The translations under genes were made by a program, and so were the position numbers. Shown one piece after another: positions 57,701-64,000 of a stretch of 64,000 nt of DNA (its first letter is position 1; each line of letters starts with the position of its first letter). The notes under the pieces are model-generated. The model was not told where the DNA came from. It saw only the letters and a list, made by a program, of their open reading frames with translations, and made no database searches. The stretch comes from Endomicrobiales bacterium (GTDB taxonomy: Bacteria; Elusimicrobiota; Endomicrobiia; Endomicrobiales; JALOBY01): assembly GCA_963796955.1 (NCBI GenBank), contig CAWCNJ010000006.1:102691-166690 (forward strand), read 5' to 3'.

Positions 57701-60700
57701 GCCAGTGGTCCACCTGGCAGTCTTCCTCGGACGCGGCGGCCTACAATCTTCGAGCCAGTACGGTATGTAAGTACACAAATTCCGCCCCTCTGGCGCCCTC
57801 AGGCCTGGTACAGTACGACGGTTCAATGGTAAGCCTTTCGTCGTTCACCTGGACGAACTCTAGCACGATCATCTCATCCTTCACGCTTACCGACCCGGAT
57901 GCAGGCCAGCAGGTGAAATACTGTTTGCAGATCACCACCGTTTCCAGCGCCGGTCTTGCCACTTGGACGAGCGGCTATTTTTGGAATTATACTTCCCCGC
58001 TTTTGAACCAGGGCACGACCACCTATTACTGGCCCGCGCTTACAGCAGGTAATTACTACTGGTGGCGCGTTTGGGCGATAGATGCGTTCGGCGCGACCTC
58101 CTCAACCACCACGGCACTGATGAGCGGCGGCGCGCCGGTGTTTGCCTACAAAACGCACTTTGATCCCGTTGCCAGAAATATAATCAACGGTTTAAGTGTG
58201 GCCAATGCATTTGCCGCTCTTGGCGATTTTGACGGTAACGGCACGCTGGATCTGGCGATCACCGGCAATACGGGTTCCGGCTTTGTCAGCAGGGTTTATA
58301 AAAATAACGGTGACGGGAGTTTTAACCAGGCGCCGGTATCCATACCGGTCATCCCCCTCGGCAGCGGCTTGTCCGACGGAGCGGTAGCCTGGGGCGATTT
58401 TGACAACGATGGGGATCTGGATATCGCAATTAACGGCACGCTCAATCCCGGCAACAGGTTGTTTGTTTTCCGCGGTAACGGTAATGGAACATTCAACCCG
58501 TCGCCGATATACCCAAACCCAGGGTGGGGCGATACCGGAATGATCACCTGGGCTGATTTCAACAATGACGGCTACCTGGACCTTGCTGCTTCGGGATACG
58601 ACGGATCGGCAGGCCACAATTATATATTCCTGAACAACCGCCTTGGCGATTTTAATCACACTCCCGTGGAGCCTGATGCCACCTGGGGGCCGGCTAGCTT
58701 TGACAACTGGGTTTCCGCCGCCGATTTTAACAATGACGGTAATCTTGATCTTGCTGTCGTCGGCACCGATGCAGGATACAACGGGCATGCAAGGATATAT
58801 AAAGGTAATGGCAATGGTACCTTTAACGCTTCCTATGTATCGCTTGATGCCAACAACGATCAGGGCTATTCTTCCATCACCTTCGGTGACTATAACCTTG
58901 ACGGCAACCTGGATGTCGAGGTGGGTGGTAACGATCTGTTCGCGGTGAACACGAATAACGGTAACGGTACTTTCGGAACGGCTGTAACGCCTGAAGGCGG
59001 GGCCGGCGGCGGGCAGTTCGGTAACAATTTTGGCGGTGTATTTGCTGCCTGGGCTGATATTAACAACGACGGTAAACCCGATATGGTGGTCAGCGGGTAT
59101 CGGGAAACGAATTCGGGCATGGTTCGTCTTGAGCTGAACAACGGTAATGGAACATTCACTCCCACTGAGATCCAGCCGGCATTGCAAAGTTTCTGTCAGG
59201 TAGCACTTGGTGACCTGGATAACGACGGCGATGTCGACGCGGTAATGTTGGGTTCTTCTCCAAATTATTATCTTGCGGCCTTCTTCAACAAGAACAGTGA
59301 TATGGGGAATGCGAATACCATCCCTGTGCCGCCCGCAGGCTTGTCGTATCAGTCTTCGTATAACATAACGAATTCAACGGTTGTCGTTACCTGGCCTGCG
59401 GCGCAGTATGACGCAGGTATGTCTTCCCGCACCCTTTCTTTCCAGGTCGTCATTGCATCCGTGCCCATGACGCTCGCAACCGACCAGACGAAGATAGCAT
59501 CGCCGGGCGCGTTTTTAACTACCTGGGTCTCTCAGGGCGACGGATTCGGGGCGTTTAACCGGCCGAACTTCAGCTACCGGTTGAACCTGAGCACCGCGGG
59601 AATTACCGCAGATACCTCCTATTACTACCGTGTACAGACGATAGACGGCAGCCTTGCGCGCAGCACCTGGTCTGCGGAAAGTAAGTTGTATATGCCTATG
59701 GGCCTGGCGCCTGCTGCCATTACCAACCTTACCGCATTGAAAGGCAATTCCGGCGGCGAACTGAAACTAAGCTGGACCTCTCCGGGCGCGGACGGCACCG
59801 CGAACAACATATACGGCGGCGTCTTTAAAATACGCTATTCCACCTACACCATCGCATCAGCCGGCTTCTGGACGGACGCGGCAACCAACTGGACGGATCC
59901 GGTAAACAAATATCAGATAACGATACCCACAAATTCTGTGCCGAGCGTAACGCAGTCGGCAACCCTTGTCGGGCTTACTCCCGGCGGGACGTATTACATC
60001 TGCGCCTGGACGAGGGATGAAGTGGGTGTGGACAGTACCAGCTGGAACGGTAACTGGTCGGCGTTGTCCAACGGCGCAACTGCCTGGGCTATGACGGCAA
60101 CTGCGCCGCAGGTGGTAAGCGACCTGGTGGCTGTCAACAATGCCGCATTGGGCGTCATCAATCTTACCTGGACTGCTCCGGGCGGTAACGGACAAACGGG
60201 CGACCTGAACGCAGGTTCCGCCTTCAAGATAGAATATTCGACGGTGAACGTTATAACTACCAATAATTTTACCGTCATGCAGTCCACTATGGCTATCCAG
60301 AGCATAACTATTTCAACGGTAACTACTGCCATGAGCAGGCAAAGCTATAACGTAGGAGGGCTTACCAGCGGCAAACAATACTGGTTCGCGATCGAAACGG
60401 AAAATTCCCAAGCCGCCTGGTCTACGTGGTACTCTTCAGCTACAGGGGACGGTCATACCACCTACAACATACTGGCAAGCACGATCTGTTCATACACCAA
60501 CCATGCGCCAACCATATCCAGTCTGGAACAGTTGAACGGTTCGATGGTGTCAATGTCTTCGTTTACCTGGACGAATGCCGCTACGATCATTTCGTTGTTC
60601 ACTATCAGGGATACCGACCTGGGCCAGCAGGAGAAATATCATATACAAATATCTACGGTTATAAGTGCGTCGGGTCTTGCCACCTGGACGAGCGGGTATT

Positions 60701-61947
60701 TTGTCAATTATACGTCGACGCTGATAACCCAGGGTACCACGGCATATTATTGGCCCGTGCTGACGGCCGGCAATTTCTATTGGTGGCGCGCCTGGGTGGA
60801 AGACCAGTATGGCCTATCGTCGGCTACTTCAACGGCGCTGGTAAGCGGCGGTGCTGCGGTACTGGCGTATAAAACAGTGTTCAATCCGATATACACTGAA
60901 CCGCAGCCGGGGTATGGGTATGGTGTAAGTTTCGGCTCATCGCTCTCCATGGGTGATTTTGACGGCGATGGGTATCAGGATATCGCGGCCTGCGGCATAC
61001 GGCAGGATGGATATTACACCGCCGTGTATTTGAACAATAGTTTCGGTGATGGAACATTCAGTGCAAACTATATTGAGCCACAGCCAGGGCTGGGCGGGGT
61101 AAGCAACGGCGATGTCGCCTGGGGTGACTTCAATAATGACGGCAAACTTGACCTTGCGGTCACGGGCTACAACGGCGATCCGGGTATACTCAGGGTGTAT
61201 ATCAATGCGGGGAATAATTCATTCTCCGGATACGTTGAGCCGACTCCCGGCTGGGGCCGTTATTGGAGCGCCGTCGCCTGGGGTGATTATAATAACGACG
61301 GTAACCTTGATCTTGCGATGTACGGCGGCGATGACAGCAGCTCCGCAGACGGTATATGCAGGATATACCGCAATAAGGGCGACGGGTCGTTCGATCCGAA
61401 CTATTATGTGCCGACGGCCGGCTGGGGCATGAGTTACAATAATACCAATATCGGACGTATCGCCTGGGCGGATTATGACAACGACGGCGATCTGGATATC
61501 GCTTTCAGCGGCGACGATAACAGCGGTGTGCATGCGCAACGCGTGTACCGCAACAACGGCGACGGCACTTTCTCGGCCGCGCCGGTGTTTACATTAAGCT
61601 GGAATGCAGATGATATAGCTTGGGGCGACTACAATAACGACGGCTTTTTGGACCTCATGGCTACGTCCGGCAATACGGTGGTGGTATATCCCAATAACGG
61701 CAATGGTACCATCAACTCGACGCCGGTCACCTTAGTCACAAATACGCTAAGCGCATGCCATCTGGTGCTGGGCGATTATGATAACGACGGTAATACCGAT
61801 GCCGGCGTGATCGGCCAGTCTAATGGCGCCGGTGTTCTGAAATTCTATCATAACCATGGCAACGGTACGTTTGATGCCACAGATGTTACGCCGCTGCCGG
61901 GATGGGGCATTTACGGCAAGGGTAACATAAGGCTCTGGGGATGTTAA
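51352..61947 (+). CDS. giant FG-GAP/VCBS + FN3-like repeat surface protein, gene B, middle fragment (3531 aa)
   Basis: It continues propeller B4 mid-blade (MAGNAGGTYSMSIYRNQ...), so ATG 51352 is not a genuine start. It contains four further supermodules and terminates inside blade 7 of propeller B8 (GKGNIRLWGC*). Confidence 0.9.
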   Translation: MAGNAGGTYSMSIYRNQNSTFAFGSAPVFEYDPVSAAAWGDFNNDGFMDFAGVDSNSRVAVFLNTGNFTFNTVSPIVLTSTINNFTNVAAGDVDNDGLSDVFVAGSTGTALYYNRNGSFVNQPTFPFWPLYADESIALADYNADGALDAAFAGGDLLGADYFRVFNGKQTNTAPVPPSPSVTLTYSGAAVNRSTFTVTWPPSQYDTGNSSNSLYYQVEVSTFPTALSGDALRITTGGRYQNPWNFGTPGLGGFVRPAVSTSWAGVTGSQMQGFMFSPSTATLAASTSFYFRVQTIDAGLKRSTWSAEYMCVIATYAPSGVTDLTATTNIGINGISLAWTAPGDHALSGNLTSGSQFKIEYSSVGIINTANFDSPPANLAATAIYISTVTTARSRQSWSVPNLQNNTVYWFAVKTENSAGLWSVWQSSADVATYNLQASTRCVAVNHAPNAPANLVQYDGSFVSLSSFTWTNSSTIISSFTLTDPDAGQQVKYCLQITTVSSAGLATWTSGYFWNYTSPLLNQGTTTYYWPTLTAGKFYWWRVWAIDAANATSSTSTALSSGGAAVLTYKTDFDPNGIRIVPGLGLYGNDVYSQLALGDFDNNGTLDLAVTGEDINSLFDFRVYSGNGDGTFNFLPALRNDGTYFASLAWGDYNNDGDLDIALSAGNIENTIGLYVYRNKGNGTFDTTPLQPAGAGVGIGGGLAWGDFNNDGFLDLAASGWINATTEKFYIYKNNCNGSFNTTPVQPDSAMLFGGYEGSPISCADFNNDGLLDISVCADYWQSRLYKNDGDGTFTITNVGVTDVPYGQAYAFGDYDNDGSLDIASPGGVYQNNGAGSFSMGPALPSNGDYYCPSSWADFNNDGKLDLVESGGFDYEYLIELTNNGSSGFSGTEIMPGFGLGDASLAVGDVDNDGDTDIIASGGNGAANLLLFKNKNSEMGNANIAPVPPSGLSYQSSYFISNSTVIITWPAAQYDTGMSSRTLSFQVVIASAPMMLASNQSLITSPGAFITTWAAEADGFGTFNRPVAKIWGSDISPKFGYQLNLTTASITGDTSYYYRVQTIDGDLKRSTWSAESKLYIPMGPAPAAITNLTALTGASGGEIKLSWTFPGADGTANNLVGGVFKIRYSSYTTGSAGFWTDAASNWVDQVNKYQVTIATNATLSKTQSATLVGLTPGVTYYARAWTRDEVGVDSTSWNGNWSALSNGATAWAMTATSPQVVSDLVATNNSAIGAVKLTWTAPGGNGQTGDLNAGSAFKIEYSTVNVITTNNFTAMQSTMAIQSITISTVTRAMTTQTYNVGGLTNNKQYWFAIETENSQGNWSTWYSSATGDTHTTYNILASTVCSFANHQPAISNLEQLNGSLVSMTSFTWTNSGTLMSSFTISDADYGQQVRFVVQITSATNNAGAANWATLFQTARSGLIPQGTTTYIWPALNPNAFYWWRAWAEDSYGLSSTTSTALVSGGSAVLAYKTPFNPAFIEPQPGWGIGWHGPAVSWGDFNGDGYQDLAIGGNDSNNQYMRVYMNNGAGGFNSYVEPQPGHGVRLGEMQWGDFNNDGKLDLAVTGYDGDPGLCRVYINAGNGTFSASYVDATSGWGRYYGNLAMGDYNNDGNLDLAVIGTADINPLRVFRIYRNKGDGTFDTNFVSPQSGWGISGDDSNSTDYTRVAWGDFENDGDLDIATCGIDTNNTQVMRVYKNNGDGSFNSTAALITNTVYDLAWGDYDNDGFLDVIAASATTICAFRNNGNGTLNATPVNILGNLNIANTRISLGDYDNDGNIDIAATGQDIASGQGMLRFYHSLGNGNFDQSPVNILPGWGMYQCGAMALADYDNDGGIDIAVAGQGSGTATDCYLRVFNDMQAQLGNANTAPTAPAISSMTFSYSAPQSTFTITWLPGQYDVSHSSNSVYYELAVSTFSTSLSADSKRLTTGGCYQSPWNFGTPNLGSFIRPAVSTNWAGVKGTQMVGYTITPSTNDYLLNATTFYFRVQTIDSGLTRSAWSSEYTCLASSYVALPGTPAGITDLTAANNSSISGISLVWTATGDSGQSGNLTSGSVFKVEYSTVGILTTGNFDSPPAGLAVTTVNISTTATAMSRQSYNLPGLLTNTTYWFAIKTENGEGQWSTWQSSSDAAAYNLRASTVCKYTNSAPLAPSGLVQYDGSMVSLSSFTWTNSSTIISSFTLTDPDAGQQVKYCLQITTVSSAGLATWTSGYFWNYTSPLLNQGTTTYYWPALTAGNYYWWRVWAIDAFGATSSTTTALMSGGAPVFAYKTHFDPVARNIINGLSVANAFAALGDFDGNGTLDLAITGNTGSGFVSRVYKNNGDGSFNQAPVSIPVIPLGSGLSDGAVAWGDFDNDGDLDIAINGTLNPGNRLFVFRGNGNGTFNPSPIYPNPGWGDTGMITWADFNNDGYLDLAASGYDGSAGHNYIFLNNRLGDFNHTPVEPDATWGPASFDNWVSAADFNNDGNLDLAVVGTDAGYNGHARIYKGNGNGTFNASYVSLDANNDQGYSSITFGDYNLDGNLDVEVGGNDLFAVNTNNGNGTFGTAVTPEGGAGGGQFGNNFGGVFAAWADINNDGKPDMVVSGYRETNSGMVRLELNNGNGTFTPTEIQPALQSFCQVALGDLDNDGDVDAVMLGSSPNYYLAAFFNKNSDMGNANTIPVPPAGLSYQSSYNITNSTVVVTWPAAQYDAGMSSRTLSFQVVIASVPMTLATDQTKIASPGAFLTTWVSQGDGFGAFNRPNFSYRLNLSTAGITADTSYYYRVQTIDGSLARSTWSAESKLYMPMGLAPAAITNLTALKGNSGGELKLSWTSPGADGTANNIYGGVFKIRYSTYTIASAGFWTDAATNWTDPVNKYQITIPTNSVPSVTQSATLVGLTPGGTYYICAWTRDEVGVDSTSWNGNWSALSNGATAWAMTATAPQVVSDLVAVNNAALGVINLTWTAPGGNGQTGDLNAGSAFKIEYSTVNVITTNNFTVMQSTMAIQSITISTVTTAMSRQSYNVGGLTSGKQYWFAIETENSQAAWSTWYSSATGDGHTTYNILASTICSYTNHAPTISSLEQLNGSMVSMSSFTWTNAATIISLFTIRDTDLGQQEKYHIQISTVISASGLATWTSGYFVNYTSTLITQGTTAYYWPVLTAGNFYWWRAWVEDQYGLSSATSTALVSGGAAVLAYKTVFNPIYTEPQPGYGYGVSFGSSLSMGDFDGDGYQDIAACGIRQDGYYTAVYLNNSFGDGTFSANYIEPQPGLGGVSNGDVAWGDFNNDGKLDLAVTGYNGDPGILRVYINAGNNSFSGYVEPTPGWGRYWSAVAWGDYNNDGNLDLAMYGGDDSSSADGICRIYRNKGDGSFDPNYYVPTAGWGMSYNNTNIGRIAWADYDNDGDLDIAFSGDDNSGVHAQRVYRNNGDGTFSAAPVFTLSWNADDIAWGDYNNDGFLDLMATSGNTVVVYPNNGNGTINSTPVTLVTNTLSACHLVLGDYDNDGNTDAGVIGQSNGAGVLKFYHNHGNGTFDATDVTPLPGWGIYGKGNIRLWGC
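53041..54155 (+). repeat. 7-bladed FG-GAP/VCBS beta-propeller B5
   Basis: Seven blades counted, from LALGDFDNNGTLDLAV to LAVGDVDNDGDTDIIA. Ends at FKNKNSEMGNANI. Confidence 0.85.
55744..56920 (+). repeat. FG-GAP/VCBS beta-propeller B6
   Basis: Runs from VSWGDFNGDGYQDLAI to MALADYDNDGGIDIAV. Ends at FNDMQAQLGNANT. Confidence 0.8.
58131..59295 (+). repeat. FG-GAP/VCBS beta-propeller B7
   Basis: Runs from AALGDFDGNGTLDLAI to VALGDLDNDGDVDAVM. Ends at FNKNSDMGNANT. Confidence 0.8.
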
Positions 61948-62025
61948 TAATGACGGTGTTTTGGATGTTGCCGTAACAGGGGGCGATGCAGGCAATAATC
62001 CCTATTTCCGCGTTTTCCAGAATAT
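60852..62025 (+). repeat. FG-GAP/VCBS beta-propeller B8 (contains frameshift 3)
   Basis: Runs from LSMGDFDGDGYQDIAA through the frameshift to GDVNNDGVLDVAV. Ends at FQNMEAQLGAGNT. Confidence 0.8.
61927..61930 (+). other. frameshift site 3 (one extra A)
   Basis: The observed sequence is ggt aac ata agg ctc tgg gga tgt taa. Removing one A (ataagg to atagg) gives GNIGSGDVNNDGVLDVAV. GWGIYGKGNIGSGDVNNDG then aligns without gaps to GWGINGCGSIALSDYNNDG of propeller A4. Confidence 0.8.
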
Positions 62026-64000
62026 GGAAGCTCAGCTGGGCGCCGGCAACACAGCGCCTGTGCCGCCTGCTATTTCCAATGTTAATTTCAACTACAGCGC
62101 TTCACGCAGCACGTTTACCATAACCTGGAATCCTGCGCAATATGACGTAAGCCACTCATCCTGCTCGCTCTATTTCAACGTGGAAGCTTCTACTTCGCCG
62201 ACGACGCTTTCCGCGAACAAAATGGGAATGACCGTACCCAACAGCCATTTTGTGCAGACTTGGAATTTCGGCAGTCCAAATCAGGGCAGCTATATCCGGC
62301 CCTCAGTTTCCACCAACTGGGCCGGTGTTGCCGGCACGTCGATGGTCGGCTATACTCTGGCTCCCGCGACGAATACCTGGCTGTTGAACGCTACCACGTT
62401 TTATTTCCGCGTCCAAACCATCGATTCTGGCCTGATGCGCAGCACCTGGTCGGCGGAGTTTTCCTGCTTTGCCTCTACCGGGGCGGCCGATATCACGCCG
62501 CCGGCGGCGATAACGAACATCGCCGCAGTTACCGGTTTTACAGCCGGAACGATAAATTTAGCCTGGACCGCTCCCGGTGATGACGGCATAACCGGCAGCA
62601 TAGTCGGGGGTGCCTTCAAGATCAGATATTCCACTTTCACGCCTGCATCGTGGAGCGATGCGGCCGCGAACTGGACGGATTTCACCAATAAATACCAACT
62701 CACGATCGCGACGGATGCGGTGCCCAGCGTTACGCAGTCGTATACCCTCACCGGTTTAACGGGTGGCGTAACGTACTATATTCGCGCCTGGACGCGCGAT
62801 GAGGTTGGCGTAGACAGCACCAGCTGGAACGGCAACTGGTCGGCGTTGTCTAACGGCGCTACCAGCTGGGCGCAGATAAACCACGCGCCCAACGCCCCGG
62901 CGAACCTTGCGCAGCTGGACGCTTCGCTGGCAAATCTCTCATCCTTCACCTGGACGAATTCAGGCACGATAATTTCTTCATTTACGCTCACCGACCCCGA
63001 CGCCGGCACACAGGTGCGGTTCAATCTGCAAATAACTTCCGTTACAACCGGCGGCGCGGCCGATTGGTCAAGATTGTTCGTCAGCACCCGTTCCGCATTA
63101 TTAAATCAGGGGACTACAACGTTTATCTGGCCGACGTTGAACCCGAACGCCTTCTACTGGTGGCGCGTATGGACGGAAGACAGCGGCGGTCTTACCTCTT
63201 CGACCTCTACTGCCCTGATGAACGGCGGACCGGCTGTTCTTGCTTACAAAACGCCGTTTGACCCGAGGTTCGTTGAGCCTACACCGGGCTGGGGATGCGG
63301 GCATTACGGCTCGGCGCTGGCTTGGGGAGATCTTAACGGCGACGGCAATCAAGAACTTGCGGTAGCGGGTATCATAGGCACAACACCGCAAACACACATA
63401 TACATGAACAATGGCGATGGCACATTCAACCCGTCGTATAACACCCTTCCATCGGGCGTAGAGATCGGCTGTCCGGACCTGCAATTTAGTGATTTTAATA
63501 ACGATGGAAAAATGGACCTGCTTGCCGCCGGCTGGCCCAGCGCCGACCCCGGTATCGTAAGAATATATCTTGGCAATGGCGATGGCACATTAAATCCCAC
63601 GTATGTTGACGCGATGCCCGGTTATGGCAGGTATTGGATATCGGCCCGCCTCGGCGATTATGATAACGACGGTAACCTGGATATCGCGATAACCGGTTCT
63701 GATGATGCCGGGCCGCAGACCTCTACCTTCAGGATATATCACAACAAAGGAGACGGGACATTTGACGCTAATTTCATAGAGCCAAACCCCGGTTGGGGAG
63801 TTTCAAATCAGGGACCAGGTTGGGATCCTGTTGGTGGTCGTCTGCTCTGGGGCGACTACGATAATGACGGCGACCTGGACATCGCCTTATGCGGCCAGGA
63901 CATTAACAACAACCAGCTGATGCGCATCTACCGCAACAGCGGTACGGGTACGTTTTTTAGCGCAACGCCAATTATGCAGGTCAGCGATATAAACGATATT
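61931..64000 (+). CDS. giant FG-GAP/VCBS + FN3-like repeat surface protein, gene B, third fragment; 3' end outside the window
   Basis: Frame 2 is open from 61931 to the window edge, exactly 690 codons: GSGDVNNDGVLDVAVTGGDAGNNPYFRVFQNMEAQLGAGNTAPVPP... followed by QYD, FN3-D and WWR modules and the first four blades of propeller B9. It is not listed in the ORF track because it has no ATG start or stop. Confidence 0.85.
63230..64000 (+). repeat. FG-GAP/VCBS beta-propeller B9 (truncated by window end)
   Basis: LAWGDLNGDGNQELAV, LQFSDFNNDGKMDLLA, ARLGDYDNDGNLDIAI, LLWGDYDNDGDLDIAL. It is colinear with propeller A4 (12270-13040). Confidence 0.8.

Larger units (their letters stand above)
42068..64000 (+). 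pseudogene. reconstructed gene B: a single gene of at least 7,300 codons interrupted by two 1-nt indels (true pseudogene or assembly errors), 3' partial
   Basis: The frame goes 2 to 1 at 51295/6 (deletion) and 1 to 2 at 61927-30 (insertion). The net change is zero, so 42098..64000 = 21,903 nt = 7,301 codons. Module grammar is continuous across both junctions. Confidence 0.75.

Noticed and set aside
12195-61960. Programmed ribosomal frameshifting or phase variation at the three indel sites
   Set aside because: None of the sites has an X XXY YYZ slippery heptamer, a known +1 motif with a matching P-site shift, a downstream structure I could see, or a simple-sequence tract. Runs are at most 2-4 nt. 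Plain indels, real or assembly-derived, are the simpler explanation.
5575-63600. Dozens of 60-330-aa ORFs on the minus strand and in alternative plus frames inside the giant genes (for example 58192..59187 -, 56293..57051 -, 6354..6995 -, 19559..20143 -, 22019..22522 -, 42374..42871 -)
   Set aside because: All lie wholly inside the long repeat-coding frame. Identical shadow ORFs reappear wherever the sense repeat reappears (for example 5807..6097 = 50839..51129). Their translations are low-complexity (R/P/G/V-rich) with no motifs. The GAY/AAY/GGN-rich sense codons simply leave few stops in other frames.

Overview
All supported genes are on the + strand. The window opens with housekeeping genes: the 3' part of an ABC-F ATPase, a stand-alone CheY-like receiver, and typA/bipA. 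About 86% of the remaining bases belong to two head-to-tail paralogous giant genes built from integrin-like FG-GAP/VCBS beta-propellers and FN3-like beta-sandwich modules.

Gene A (5190/5244 to 38653) appears as two ORFs. It becomes one reading frame of about 11,100 codons once a single missing T at 12209/12210 is restored. It contains 11 propeller supermodules, one right-handed beta-helix insert and a 13-copy tandem array of a 98-aa module. It ends in a ~95-aa domain with the FTPNGD..ND / WDG / GxYxY signature of T9SS type-B (CHU_C-like) sorting domains. Three nt after its stop begins a signal-peptide-bearing PorV/PorQ-like outer-membrane beta-barrel fused to TPR repeats.

Gene B (42068/42098 to beyond 64000, at least 7,300 codons, 3' end outside the window) is split by two more single-nt indels, at 51295/6 and 61927-30.

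Each giant gene is preceded by the same ~240-bp control region: an ACACACAC hairpin terminator, a conserved 28-nt box, and TTGATA-16-TATAAT. Upstream of each control region sits a different COG1373/DUF4143-type AAA ATPase gene with an apparently leaderless near-consensus promoter. The first ATPase cassette is bracketed by a 37-nt duplication of the typA 3' end.

A 1,031-bp tract is essentially identical between genes A and B, which points to gene conversion or an assembly artefact.

All domain calls rest on motif recognition by eye. No database search, HMM or read data were available.
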